A stretch of 64,000 nucleotides of DNA from Nemertoderma westbladi (Eukaryota > Animalia > Xenacoelomorpha): the NCBI GenBank assembly GCA_032718475.1, contig JAUCBJ010007841.1, positions 1 through 64,000 on the forward strand. Reading direction: 5' to 3'. Both the position numbers and the translations under genes were made by a program. Positions 25,823 to 39,699 of the stretch are shown here, piece after piece; the stretch's first letter is position 1; every line of letters begins with the position of its first letter. The notes under the pieces were generated by a model. It saw nothing but the letters and a program-made list of their open reading frames with translations. It had not been told where the DNA came from and did not search any database.

Positions 25823-27092
25823 GTGTAGGCGCAGCGATTACACCGATAAATTGAACTAATGAAAATTACTTTTACATTGGATTGTTTCTTAGACTGACCG
25901 TAAAATAATAACTATTGTTAATTATTATTAATTTACAAACACTCATCTCGCTTATGTTTTTTTTTTTACAAAGAATGTATGATTTCCTTTCATTTATAAT
26001 AAATAACCTCTAGGTTGAATAGTTTTAAAAGTTAACGGTTTGAAATTATATTTATATTATATTTTCTTGTTTTTTTTTCCAAAATTTCGGCCGGAACTAT
26101 ATAACCACAATAATAATTAACATAAACCACAATCGCTATATGTTGTTATCACGGTTTACAGATAAATAAAAAATACAAAACCATGATAATGTGATTAATA
26201 TATCACATTGGTTAAATTATTATTTATTTTCGAAATAATGGAAAGTTATTGGCGCCTCTTGTAGCATGTGCGGAAGCCGGATGCCCCGTCTTTCAAGTTG
26301 TAAGTAGCAATTAATATTAAAGATTAATGTAATAAGCTAGCTATCAGGGTCAGCAGCAGGTATTGCTTACTTGATGAAAGAAGATAAGGTGGATCGGTAT
26401 AATTATAGGTCCATAACAAATCAGTGAGTTCATACAAAACTATTAATATTTAACTGCTCCCAGGCTATTTGCGTATTATTTAATTCGAGACAGGGGAAAA
26501 CTGGACGCAAATCCCATCTTGGCGAATTAATATCCGCCTCAATGGTAAATTCTCAATTAAGGGAAAGGAGCAGGTTACAGTGGCACGTTATTTTAACCAA
26601 AACAATACACTATACACAATAGAACAGTATACAGTTTTATTTTTGAGAGTAATCAGCTGTTATTTGAGTCGAATTTCCCCTGGAGAGGGATGAATTGTTA
26701 TTGCGTCCAGCCCCCCCCCCCCCCCCCTATCTGTTTAATTTACAACCTGACTTGATTGCGGTCGGATGTGGAACACCAGAAAAAAAATATTAAGTCAAAA
26801 CATGAAACGAAAATATTCATACGGATGGCAAGTTGTGTTGTATTTTTCATTTATGAAGCCCAAAATATCCCAAACCCGTAGAAATTCTCCTCCACGGATA
26901 AATCTAAAAACTCTAAACGGATAGTCATGGTAAAGTATGTATAAACACAAAGACACTGGCTAGGCCTGATTCGGATATATCTTAGTATCTATTTGTGCAC
27001 ATAGAATTTAAGTTCGCATCTAGGATATCAGTTTTACGTTGGTGTTTTTGGGTGAATGAGTGGTTTCATATTTAACGATTATTATTTTCATA

Positions 27093-27271
27093 TAGCGAGT
27101 GGTTAAAGACGGCCAAGTACTGTAGGGTTGAGCACAGTGGCAGCATATGATGGTATGACAGATGGGAGGCCATGAGGAGGTAAATTGCGGACAAACAAGG
27201 TATCAGATAGTATTTCCAGGTCTATCTTTTACCTGAGCCGCTAGCTGAATGGTTAGAGCGTCAGACTTCCA
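27093..27271 (+). mobile_element. Truncated copy of the tRNA-containing repeat
   Basis: Aligns with 14155-14336; ends at cagacttcca. Confidence 0.8.
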
Positions 27272-28961
27272 AAAGTTTGTTCAGGTAGTTGTTTCATTTT
27301 GCTCTTTACTTGTTTTACTATGTACCGTAACTCGTATGAATTTGTCTCCTGTTGACCTGTTAATAAGCGATCGCATCTTACCATTATTGTGGAGAGGCGA
27401 CATCCTATATAAGTCAGACATTCCTGAGTAGGAAAATTATATATCGATAAAAATGACACAAACTTGACAGCAATACGAATTCAACAAATACGAATGTATC
27501 GAATAAATGTATTAATAAATATTTCGAGTATGTCTCGCGATGAAAATATCAATTATGTAGCTCACTTCCACAGTAAAATGCTGACAGGTAAACAAATAGA
27601 GGGTGGGTGAGCTCCTGATTGAGGTAAAGTTAAACCTTCTCAGATTTAACATAACAACCTCATCATCATAACATGCCAATGTAACATGATACTTTCCCTA
27701 ATTGATAATTAACAATTTGCATAACAACCTCCACCTGTTCTTTTTTTTATACATACGAATACTTAACTAAAATTAATTAAGTTTGTTATTAAAGTTTTTA
27801 TTATGGGAAAGGAGGGCATTATTTCTCATTAGACAAAGATACGACTTGCCACTTGTGTACTGCTTTGAAACTGCATTTAACTAACCTCTTCCTTTGCAGA
27901 AAATATATTTTTTTTAGAAGATAAACTATAAACTAACAAATATATAAAAATAAAATGAATGAAACACTTATTGAATTTTTTTATATTTTTGGAGGCGATA
28001 TTTTTTAGTGGAGCGAGGAAATTGTTAAGTATTGAATGATATATCTACAGGACTAGGGTATATCTTTAGCCAGATTATGAAATATAATTTGTTTCAAGTC
28101 GTTTTGCGTCTGCCTTTTCTTCTAGATAATACCAAGATCCTTCAAAGAGCTGTAACTGGAACTTATTTTTCGGAACCCATTTTGATTGCAACTCAGGATC
28201 CTTTCAACTGGATCCCTTGGTTCAACATTATTATATTTAATAGCTTAGCTGATAACGAGATCAGTCTCATTCAAAGGTTCACTCAATTTGTGTTGGGTTT
28301 CATTTCTTTGGGACATCAACCAACTTGTTTGTCCTTAATTCTTAATTCTTAAGGACCATTCTTACATTCATAAATAGAATTAGATTCCGTTGGGTTAGGA
28401 ATCCCTTAACGTTCAGGCTCACTCAGCTCTCAATCAGGGGTCCTACTGTAGGGATAGAATCCCGGTGGAGTACCATGGAAAATAATACATTTGTTTGCGA
28501 TATATTTTGGGTCTAATATACTGTAATAAGGCTATCTCAACAATGTTGGAGGATAGCATGTGACAATATAGTATAACTTATGGTGCTGAGAGAGGTGGAA
28601 TTTGATGTAGTTACTCACAATAATAAATAAACAAGAAAGCACCAATACACCAATATATGTTCTGTAATATCTGTTCGATATAACACACTATACTATGCAT
28701 TGTTCATTCATACTCTGTTTGCATAATTGACACACCCTCTCTCCTTAATCACTCACTCACGCCATATTGCCCGCCTTCAATACTCGAATATTGTATCCAA
28801 GATTATTACTCTTTTATCATATAAATATATAAATAATAATTATTGGTTTTATATTTAGATAAATCACCAACACCACAGTCTGTATTGGTATTAAATAGTA
28901 GCTGCGCATCTGCTGATAAGTATATCATAATTGTTGGTTTTTTTATTACATTTTTGACAGG

Positions 28962-29258
28962 ATGAAGTTATTGATGCCAATTATGATGTTGATGATATTC
29001 TCTGTGTTGTTGAGTCTCGTTATGGTTGGCGCCGACGAGGTTGATGAAGCATCGCCCGAGATTGGCGATGCAAAGCGATCCAACTGGGGCTACAAGAATT
29101 CCTGGGTTCGCCGCAGTGACGAGTCTGACGATAAGAGAAGCAACTGGGGTCGACCAGCTGATTGGACGAGAGGCGTCAGATCGAACTGGATGTCCAAGGC
29201 CCAATGGGCAGCGCTAGCTAAACGCAGCAACTGGCTCGGTAAAAGTGCCTGGCAGTGA
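28962..29258 (+). CDS. Neuropeptide precursor with four SNW-x5-W peptides (MIP/allatostatin-B/Wamide-like spacing)
   Basis: Hydrophobic signal peptide (~24 aa), acidic spacers, KR/RR/R sites flanking SNWGYKNSWV, SNWGRPADWTRGV, SNWMSKAQWAALA and SNWLGKSAWQ; ATG follows a splice acceptor tttttgacag|g. Confidence 0.9.
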   Translation: MKLLMPIMMLMIFSVLLSLVMVGADEVDEASPEIGDAKRSNWGYKNSWVRRSDESDDKRSNWGRPADWTRGVRSNWMSKAQWAALAKRSNWLGKSAWQ

Positions 29259-30239
29259 GTGAGACATATTGCAGGCATTTGAACCTTATACAACTCACTT
29301 ATCATGTGTAACACTTTACTCGGACTGTGAATACGGTTCTCATTGTTGTGGCACTAACTATCTGTTGTACCGGTTGCAGTGTAAACTAATAACAAATAAT
29401 ATATAAACAAAAGGTACAATATTATATTTTGTCATTATATTTAATAATACATATGGGAAATATGTGTCTTCTAAATCTCAACTAGATATTAAGTATCTAC
29501 ACAATCCACAATACTCCCTTCCTATACAAACAAAGCTTGAGCTAGCAAACCTACCATGTAGGCTGGTTAGTAAAGAAGCATGTTACAGAGGCAGGTTGAA
29601 AGGTACCATAACAACGAGAGTTAGGAATATTTTAGGGCACCAAAAATAATTATACTACTAAAATTTAGCAATGCAGCAGTACATTTAGTTTAGTTTAATA
29701 CGCCAAATGCAAATAAAAATTAATACATATACTGCACATAAAATATTATATAACACAATGAACTGGGAAATCTATAAGGATTCTCCTCATTTTATTAAGT
29801 ACTGTAAGTAAGTTACATTCATTAAAGGTGCAAACATATAATAAACAATAATCAGATAGTGGGGTTCAAAATTATACGACGTAGATTGTAAATAAAAACC
29901 ACAATGTTGATGATTTTACTTAGTGCAATAATAAAATATAAACATTAAATAATTATTTGGCACGTTATGATTAAAAATATTTAATTATATATAATTATGT
30001 TAAAAACGAAAAGGTAAAAACTTTGATGTGGGCAACAGTATAAAAAACAAAAAATAATAATAATAAAAATACTGGGCACTTCATTTGAAAATATTAAAAA
30101 CAAAGAACCTGATATTTAATTAAGTAAAAATTGTAATTACAATGATAAAAATGTAAAATTTAATATAAGTACCGATGGTAAACTGGTTGTAAACTTGTCT
30201 AACTGGTTTATTACTATAAATATTCATTTTCGACTTCAT

Positions 30240-30640
30240 GGCACAATCAAGACGATTTTTAAATAAGTTTACACAAGGAATACCATGTAAATCTAGAGCA
30301 TTAACGACATTCTCATCCAACATGTTCCATAAGTTTATCACACGAGACGCAAAACTGTTAGTGTGGAACAGATGTTGATCAATGATGAACCTCTTGTCGA
30401 ATATGAGTGACGCTGGCTTCTGAGTTTAAAAAAAGTTACTAAAGTCTATGTTATCAAGTTTGTGAACAAACTTATATATTTATATCATGTCCGCTCTAAC
30501 TCGTCTGTAAATCAGTGTCGGTATTTTAAGTAAACGAAGACGCTCCTCATATGACAGATGCTGTAGTGAAGGTACCATACGGATTGCGCGGTGCTGCACT
30601 TGTCCTATGTGCTCGATATCGTTCTAGAGATACATTGAGA
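30240..30640 (-). pseudogene. CR1-type LINE 3' fragment
   Basis: HLSYEERLRLLKIPTLIYRRVRADMI and RVINLWNML..NVVNA...NLFKNRLD, typical of the CR1 ORF2 C-terminus. Confidence 0.8.
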
Positions 30641-31904
30641 TTGTAACACTTGGGGGGTACCTATGAGAGACCTCCAATGCTGTATTGTGTCTGGTCGGAG
30701 ATCTATGCATTGTACTTGACCCAGTGAACCTGAAGTAACATTATTGGGTGTGTCATCCATAGATTTGGTATCCTCAGAACTTCCAAAATCCTGCCATACA
30801 ATACTGCTCTATGGCTTTCCCTTAGGTATTCTAAGGTCCTCATTTTACATCCATGATCCATGGTAACAGAAGTCATACACACACTCAAACACGTTCGTGG
30901 GGCCTTCGCGCAGGACGAGGCCCAGTTATGAGATACAAATTAAAATTGAGCGACTGTATCACAAAATCAGTATTTGAGAAATTTAACCATACCGACAATC
31001 AATCAAAGAAAGGGGGACAGTACGTGTTCAGCCCTTTTAATCTGCACCCCCCCCCCCCCCCCCCCCCTTCCTACCAACCAATACATAACCGCGACATCTA
31101 CCACCCAAGGGGCGGAAGGGTAGCACAAACTTATTTCCAATCACACGTTCAATATGCGAAGCCATGTGGTTTATAGGAAATATCGAGAATTCGAGAAAAT
31201 CGAGAATACGAGAAACTTGATCGAAATACCTGCTCATCCCAGTATCCGTCCGTAGTCACCGGACAGCTGCGGTTTATTCCCGTAGAACAGTAGAATTCCC
31301 GCAGCTTCCGACCCAATTCGACAACGAATTCGCCTCACACTTTCGCGTGGCAGAGAACGTAATCCGGTACGATACACGTCTGCCCGACTTTCAACAATTT
31401 CCCCCAGGCGATCCCAGGATCCGGCTGTCCGGGCCGCCGCTAAACCCAAATCGCAATCCTCGTCGATTCGTCCAGTCGTCGACGTAAGTCGGACTCTTCC
31501 CACCGCACTCCAAGGTGGGTGGCCTGAGTGAGGCATGAGGAACTTGGCAGTGGCCCGCATTACGATCCGACCGACCGCCGTATTCCCAGTGTAGTAAATA
31601 TAATCTTACTGACAAGCAAGCAATTCCGTAGTATTTATTCCTCAGTTAATCGCATCTTGATGCCACTCGGCTGCTCGGGTCCAGATACATCGGACTGTCG
31701 GAAGCTGTTTAGATGAAGAAGTTGTTTAGATGGCCTTGCCAACGACCAACGACCTGAAGACGGTACCGGTAACTCTGTACCACTGTAACAGTTAACAGTA
31801 CCGGTACCGTACTGTAATCCTGTAGTCTCCTAGCAACCAGCTGATGCCAAGCCTAATAATTTTTGGGTAGATTAATTTATTATAACTGTAAGACAGTTAC
31901 ACAG

Positions 31905-32145
31905 ATGCTGCACGAAGACCCCACGCAAATTCAACTTGGAAAATTTCTAAACTTTGGCCAGACTACATGTGTACCAAGTTTGGTTAAATTTCATTAACAT
32001 TTGGCTGAGTTATTAACGTTTAAAATTGGACACGACAGACGACAGAACAACAGATCGACAGAACAACAGATCACAGAGCAACAGACACACCGATTGAGTT
32101 AGTGGTACCTGTATGCTAAGCTCGCTTACTTTCGTCGCTCGCCCC
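31905..32145 (+). mobile_element. HINE/DINE-like 3' fragment
   Basis: taccaagtttggttaaatt followed by acaga-type microsatellite and a GC-rich end. Confidence 0.4.
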
Positions 32146-33714
32146 ACACACCATTCTTAAAGCTGATGGTTATACAATTGCACATTTCCTGAGAACTGTC
32201 GAACTACCGGTTTTAATAGCCTTAGGAGGCAGTGGGTTGTGCTCCCTCTAGTAATTCATTTACGTGCTAGGCTTGATTTCCTTGACTTGTGGTTCCAGTA
32301 GATTGTGGTACCATAACCCCATCCTCAAGTGGAAGTGTGACAGAGGATTCCCCACAAAACTTCAAATATATCTGTATAATAATCAATGGATGACATAAAT
32401 GTCATCAAATCGTATAGTGAGTGATCTTTCTGAAAATAATAATAATATATAGAGTGCCAATCATGCCATTTCAAGGAAGATTGATTAGCTCTGCTTGCAT
32501 GGAGACTAAGTATTGCCTTTGCTACAAAAAGATGATGATCATTTGTGAAGGGTCGAAGAGAACAGTCCTGTACAGAGCTCCTGTATTTCTTATGGAACAG
32601 GATAACGTCGATAGAAAGATAGATTTATTTATACATTATATAAAACAATAACACATACAGTACACCAAACAATGTACAGATATTGCCAAACATAATATAT
32701 AGGATTACCCCTAAAGCTTTGCAGTTATTTCCAAGGGCGTAAATGATTGTGAAATGGAGCAAGTGGCCCTAAATGTGAAATGATATCTGTGAATGATATC
32801 AAGGGAACACAGATATCACAATCCCTCTAAAGTCGTGGTTGTCTAACATCATATAATTACTAATTTCTTTGACAGGTTAATTGAGGGTGATGATAATTAT
32901 AGATTTGCCACTGGCTTGTTATTTTATATCCTTGGAATATACCAACGAACGATACCTTTCCACCAACTCTCCTTTGACTGTGTTTGTAAACTTAGCCACA
33001 ATAGCGCAGAAAATAAGTACCACGTTCTCCACTTTACAAATGATCCTACTCTTTCCAGTCTAGCAGCTGCATCCCATACAGTCTAACATCCCATACAGTC
33101 AAATCATACAAATCATATCAATTGCCCCACATGTGGGCGTATTTTTTAAAAAACGTTATCAATATCCAATTATATAATAATTAAATAAATCTAAAAATCG
33201 TCCTCTACTTGTAAATAAGTGAAATAATTAAAATAATTACTATAAATCCATATCTGAAGTTATTACTGTCTATAAACTGTGCAAAATTCACATAATTTGA
33301 TTTTCACCCCAGGGGCTGTAGTGGCCAATCACTATTGTTCAGGCAGTGTAGCTGTAGAGTGGGCAACTTTTTACCAACTTGACAATGCAAGGTGATGAAG
33401 CCACTGTAGTGCCAGTTGAAGTAGAGTCGGTATAACACAGTTGGTGGGAATCACGAGTAGTGGCATCTGAGAATAAACCACCATATAGTATGTTCGCATT
33501 CGAAGAATTCATGAGGCCTCACTTCGAAGGCCGTCCAGCTATCCTCGCGCTCCTCTATTACACAGTTATCAGAAGCACATGAGTTATATCCAGAGCTGAG
33601 CATTCATGAATCCCACAAAGTAAAAAATAATCTTAAATATGTGCAAACTGGTATACAGGTGAGGATTGGAAAATAGTTGTAGGGAGTTAATTGGTAGTTC
33701 TCAATTCTCCTGAT

Positions 33715-34035
33715 TCAGAAGTTCGGTCGTCCACGGGTAGGCTTTCCATGAGTTGGTTTCCAGAGAAGTAGATCTGGTATGACCTCGTCTTTACTTCGCC
33801 AGCAGTGCCCACTGAATCTTAATCTGCGTTCACGGAGGGTGGTTGATACAGGTGGTATAGTACCATAAATCTCGGCGTTTGTCATGTGTTCCCTCCAGAT
33901 GATGTTTAGAGGGCTGCTCTTAGTAGTCTTGTGTAGCAACCATCAATTCGTTGTTCAAGTGATTTCGTCAGTGTCCAGGTCTCACCCCCGTATAAAGTAC
34001 ACTTTCCACTGTGGCTCGAAAGAACTTAGTCTTCA
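33715..34035 (-). pseudogene. RTE LINE fragment (second subfamily)
   Basis: LNIIWREHMTNAEIYG..P.VS..LRERRLRFSGHCWR...LLLWKP.HG...RGRP. Confidence 0.8.
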
Positions 34036-34681
34036 GTTAATCAATACCTGTTAATGTGTGAATTTTTATTCGGGAACTGATTCATTAATGTAGTAGGCAT
34101 TAAATACACTTAATACATGTTCTATATTGTTCTATTTCTTGTATAATTCATATTTATTCTGCTATACCATAATTTGCATACGAATAAAAGTAATAAAAAT
34201 AGGTGAAGGTTGACAATTAATGAAAATAATTACAATGCTAGCAAAATATAACATGCAAAAGCCCTAATTAATATATTCTTTTGTTTAGTTTTTTTTAAAG
34301 AACTTTACAACATTAGACTGATAAAGCACTTTACAACATTAACAATATTTTACAATTCAACTCCAAAATAACCTAGATCAATGTTGCATACAATATAAAC
34401 GTCACAAGAAATACCTTGTTTCAGTGTACCAGTACTAATTTATCCCATTCATTTTCAACCACAAGGAAGTCATACTAAGATATACTGGGCTATCATCCGT
34501 TTGTCATTATGTTCAAAAAGTTTGATATAGAAGAGGTCGATTTATTACCGTATTGTAATTTTACTGTGGACCAGAGAAACCCATTGTATTACTAACTAGT
34601 AACTATCGTATATTAATTACTCTGTTTTCTTTTTTTAAATATTTTTTTTATCTCAGTGTGGTCCCGATAGGATCACTTTAA

Positions 34682-37345
34682 CCCTATCCCGGGGGGGGGG
34701 GGGGGGTATTTTTATGACGTATCCCGGGGGGGGGGGGGGTAAATTTACCTGATGCCATATAACAATGGGAAAATGTGGTAAAAAACAGGAAAAATTTATT
34801 TTCAGCCTCAAATACATGATATAAGCAAGGAAGTAACAATGTATCGCTTATACATCAACACATTTTCCACATGTTACAACAAAATGGCCCTCATATGTTG
34901 TGCATACAAAATTGCCACATTTATCACATTTATTTCTGATTTTATTGTTCAAATTGTTTCTTTTCTTGAAGCCACGATCTACATCCTCCAAACACATGGC
35001 ACACCGACCATATTCGAATTCGTCTTTCCTCTTCTTTGGAGCCACACCCTCATCACACTTCAGCACACGTTTCATTTTATTGACTACATTCGTTTGGAGT
35101 CCAATAGGGTGTTCCAGTCGCAACACAATGAAAGGTGTAACCAACTCCTTCCCCAGGAGCCAAGTGAACTCGAAATTGGAATGATTCTTCTTCTGCACTT
35201 CATTGTACAAGGTTCTTGCATTCGTCCGCACAGTGTCAAGGAGAAAGAAGTTGGCATTCAAAGTCCACCGCTTCGTCTTTGCCCTAGTAGATGCACCGAT
35301 GGCAACAAGATCCACGACATCCACACCTCCTTTCATATGATCATAGTAAACAATTGGTTCAGGTTTTAGCCTCTGGTCTCGAGACACACGCATTGTATCA
35401 TACAACGTTGTGAGTGCAAGAACAATCTTGGTTCCGCTCTTCATCTCATCTGCATAGGATATAAGCATCTTCTTTTCGTTGTAGCACCACTTCGTTGATT
35501 TTGATTCTCTTCCTGTGCTCTCCTTCGATGGAGCCTTCATCTCCTTCGGGATTCCTTTGCGATCGGACTTCAGGGTGCCTGTAACAGAGATTTTACGTTT
35601 GAGGCACCAATCGGCAATGCTCATCGATGTAAAGTACCTATCCAAAGCAATGTTTCTCCCACTCAAACAATCCATCCCACCGACTTCAATCGCATTATTA
35701 ACCAAGTACTCCGTATATTTGTCTGTTCCGGTTACGTAGTAGTTATCGGGTATGCCTGTTGGTTTCCCAGCATATGGCAGAGAGATGTAGGTGTATTGAA
35801 CGGTTGAATCACAGAGGCTTCTGAAAAGCAAACCATACTTAGCAGGCTTGCTGGGATTATATTGTTTGAAGCTAATCTTTCCACGATAAGAATAAAGCGT
35901 TTCATCAATAGCCAAGTGCTGGGACGGTTTCCTGAGATGCAAGAACCGACGATTCACACTTTCAAAAAAATTTCTGAAGGCTGCAAACCGGTCTTGACTC
36001 CACCGCTCTGCTCTTGTTTCTCCATCGTCAAACTGAACGATTCTCGTGAGGAAAGTAAACCGTTTCCGCTGCATGGTGGCAGAGAAAATGTCATTGGAAC
36101 TTTCGTGGTACCACACATTGTCTATGTCTGTAGTGTTCAGCTTCAATGCTCCTCGTAGGTATAGTAAACCGAACCATGCTTTCATTTCAAGCAGTGATGC
36201 CAACTTGTATTGTGTCTTCTTATCGTTTTCCGTCAGTCGCTCGCCAAGTAATTCGTGGAGCGCTGATATTTTTCTGTTGGTGAACTCGACAATTTTCATC
36301 ACTTCATCATCTGGAATCATTAGGCTCCATGTTTCAGAAGGGGAATTCGCGTTTCTCTCAGCTGTCCGAGTGGGACCACCACTGTGTGAGATGTTGATGG
36401 CAGGCACCCGTCCACGTCGCGATGCATTCTCTGCTTGCCCTGGCTTCAATGTGCACCATTCGTACCTTTCTTTAGCTTTGTTCGTCCACACAAATGTTTC
36501 TTCGGGTTGGTCAGGAAGCCGATCATAATTACTAGAATCAATGACTTTTGTATAGTCTGAGAATTTCTGTTTCTTCTTTGGCGTTGCTGCTGGTTCATCG
36601 TTGTCCTCAGGTTCTGCATCTTGGTTTGGATCATCCTCCACGGTTACATCATCAGTGTTGCCATCTTCGTCCAGAACTTCTTCATAATCGGAATCTCCTT
36701 CATCAGGGAATGCCGACACGCCATCATCAGCAAAGTTCCGATCTTCTTGATAGATTTCTTCATAGAAATTAGCGATTAATTTGTCCACTTCTGCGGCAGT
36801 GAGCCGGCGACTTGTTGATGCCATGGTGTCAGATAATAAATAAACTATTTCTTGACACAGCACACAGAAATACAGAACTATGTAATAATGACAACACAGA
36901 AATAATAATAAAACTTCAGTTTATACAAAACTGCTGTATTTCTGCATTACAGTATTTCTGCAGTTGGTACCGTAATATACAGTATGCAGTACTGGTACTG
37001 AGGATCATCTAGGCCTTTGGGATCTAAGTTGCCCCCCTGGTCCGGTAAACCAGTGTTTTTTTTAAAAAAAAGCAGTATGGTTTGCACCGGCCTAAAATGA
37101 TGAACGGGTCGAACCCTAATATGGACTACTTATAAAAAACCTCCAACCACATCCGACAAAAGTGCCACCATTTCGTCATTTTTTGGTCAATTTTCTTGAA
37201 ATTCGCAGAGAAGGTGCCTAATATATAAACAATAAAAGTCACAAAAAGCAGGAATGAAAAAATAAGTTCTTCGAGGTGAAAAAATGAATATTCTGCACCT
37301 AAGGTAAATTTACCCCACCCCCCCCCCCCCCCCCCCGGGATAGGG
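34682..37345 (-). mobile_element. Full-length piggyBac DNA transposon
   Basis: TTAA TSD at 34678-34681 and 37346-37349; TIRs CCCTATCCCG(G)n / (C)nCGGGATAGGG; internal GTAAATTTACCT inverted motif; single transposase ORF. Confidence 0.95.
34848..36824 (-). CDS. piggyBac transposase, 658 aa, apparently intact
   Basis: ATG at 36824; acidic N-terminus; LAIDE, KQYNPSKPAKYG, ALDRYF, GGVDVVD catalytic motifs; C-terminal Cys-rich domain. Confidence 0.95.
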   Translation of the reverse strand: MASTSRRLTAAEVDKLIANFYEEIYQEDRNFADDGVSAFPDEGDSDYEEVLDEDGNTDDVTVEDDPNQDAEPEDNDEPAATPKKKQKFSDYTKVIDSSNYDRLPDQPEETFVWTNKAKERYEWCTLKPGQAENASRRGRVPAINISHSGGPTRTAERNANSPSETWSLMIPDDEVMKIVEFTNRKISALHELLGERLTENDKKTQYKLASLLEMKAWFGLLYLRGALKLNTTDIDNVWYHESSNDIFSATMQRKRFTFLTRIVQFDDGETRAERWSQDRFAAFRNFFESVNRRFLHLRKPSQHLAIDETLYSYRGKISFKQYNPSKPAKYGLLFRSLCDSTVQYTYISLPYAGKPTGIPDNYYVTGTDKYTEYLVNNAIEVGGMDCLSGRNIALDRYFTSMSIADWCLKRKISVTGTLKSDRKGIPKEMKAPSKESTGRESKSTKWCYNEKKMLISYADEMKSGTKIVLALTTLYDTMRVSRDQRLKPEPIVYYDHMKGGVDVVDLVAIGASTRAKTKRWTLNANFFLLDTVRTNARTLYNEVQKKNHSNFEFTWLLGKELVTPFIVLRLEHPIGLQTNVVNKMKRVLKCDEGVAPKKRKDEFEYGRCAMCLEDVDRGFKKRNNLNNKIRNKCDKCGNFVCTTYEGHFVVTCGKCVDV

Positions 37346-37738
37346 TTAAGCTATCTCTTCTATTATCAATAATTGTGCATTTTATATAAATTTTTACTTT
37401 TGTGGCGGCCCCTATAAGTGCCTCTGACTGAGCCTGGGTGGTTCCTCTCCGCGGTAGTCTAAATTTGTTTTGTTTTTTATGTTTTGTTTTAATTTGATTT
37501 TAAAATAATAATATCGCGTACTGTAGGATAAAAACGAAATTACCGTAGGAAATAAACGTTTGCAAAAAGTTCCCTAAGGGATACAGGTCTGATATTTCCT
37601 GTGAAATATTTGACATGTAAATTTTCAAGCAACATATATTGTATAAAAATATGGTGTTCATCATTGTTGATTTATCCGCACTTTCAATACTGCTGATGTT
37701 TAGGAACCTTCGACCACCGCATTTTTTATACAGGAAGA

Positions 37739-39699
37739 TTATGACTCCCAACTGAAACCATCAGTAGACCATTCACCATAAAATTGGGGAGTTTCAAGAC
37801 ATGGATTTATAGACCTATACAAAATCAATTTAGTTGCATCTATAGGGCATTTGTTCAACTTAAATTTATAGGTTCTAACCTTTTCGATGTGGATTGTTTT
37901 ACAACCTACAAAGCGATCAATGATGGTACCATAAGAGCTTTTTGACTCCCGCGCAATCATAAGTGCCTTGTATAAAGGGATATCTGTATTTAACTTTGGG
38001 ATCAACGAATTGAATAACCGTTGTTGTTTAGACTTAACTAAATATTCCACCAGAGGTAAATTGAGTTTAATTAAGCAAGGAAGGTTGGGTGAAGAGACCC
38101 GAACAGCTATAAGTTGTTTTACAAAGGGACATGTAGACTTTATTTTCAGAGCATAGTGATGCATAGCATTACTTGATAATGCTTATCAACATGTTGTAAT
38201 AGAAACGAAGTTACTGATCAAGTTACTTACTAAGAGCCACGGCGCATCTCTGTCTTGCATCCTTAAGTGGTAGCTAAATGAGTACTGGAGTTTCCTCTGG
38301 GGAGTAAAGTTATGGGGGGACCGCAATGGAAATAAGTCGTCAGACTTTGTGTGTAATCCCTGGCCTAGCGGCCGAATAAAATTTACTTTTTACTTTTTTG
38401 ATAGCGGGGTCATAGATTAGAAGGCCATTTTTGTTCATTGCATATCACTAAATTACTTACAAAATACTCAGCATTATCTCGAATACATTATCTAATTAGG
38501 AAATTAATTTTGCTATTTTGGCTTGGTTATCAAGACAGAATATTTCAGTCATAGACAACCAAGACAGGGTGGCACATTCTCGTCTTAACGTCCTTGTCAT
38601 AGGGCTATCTACAACTATATGAGCTTCGGTCTGAATCCCACCACATCCACAAACTCGATCCTCGGGTTTAACCCTCTTCCATCTCCTCTCTTCACCTGGA
38701 AGTTCTGGCTACCCACCCGAAAACGGGTCTAATGGATGGGTCACAACTCACAACAGAGCTGGGGGGAAGTTAAGTCCGGGTTCATTACCTTGAACAGGTG
38801 GCGTATAGTACCCGTTGAAAGTGAAACCTTGTTCTTAAACGAGTTGGGAACCTTATTCTATAACGATATGCCATTCTGAATTCAAAGAATCTATTTTCGC
38901 GGACATCGATGTTTTACCATCTGCAGAGAGAGTGCACCCGATCCATCGAGTGGTGAAGTGAGAGGGCTGGGCTATTCGACACCGCCCATTAAGGGTTGAA
39001 GTGGATTGTATGTAGGAAGATGAGAAAACTTGAGAATCTCAAGTAAACTGCCAGAACTAATAAGTACATTAAATCTATAAGAAGATAAAATATAAATAAT
39101 ATAAGAACCTTTACTGTTGTAATAGTCAGGGGCTTCCTCAGGCAGAGGGTAAAGATGGAAGAAGGTACCGAAAGTTACAAAACATCGCCTTTTATACCCA
39201 GACATTATGGAAATCAGGATCGAAACATATGAATGCTGATTGGCCATAGCTAGTCAATGATTTTTTTGGAGCTACTGGTTGGCCAAACAGTTACGTTTCG
39301 ATCCCATTACACAAATGATCTGGTGAGAGCTGGGGTTAATAACATTGGACGTATCTGTGTATGGCAAACCAAAACGTGACCCAACATGGACAAATATACA
39401 CGAGATTATTCACAAATTGATGCAACACAATAGTCCAAAGCTGATAAATACTTTCCTTTAGGGGAAAAACTAAGACTCCCTCCCAATTGCACACCATAGG
39501 CACTCATACTTTGGTAGTATACAAATCTGCAGGACTTTTTGGCCATGGTCTGGACATTAACTACTCTATCTGGGCTACAAACATACTCAAAATCATTAAA
39601 CCCATTAAAAATTATCGACATAGGGTCAGCATATCGAGAATTAAGATTCCCTGAAACATAAATGATCTGTTCAGATCTGTTACGTAATATCGAATGCAA
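37739..39699 (-). pseudogene. Degraded non-LTR retrotransposon fragments
   Basis: 39406-39699 has endonuclease-like GNLNSR...SALDYC; 37739-38164 resembles a LINE post-RT region; many stops. Confidence 0.5.
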
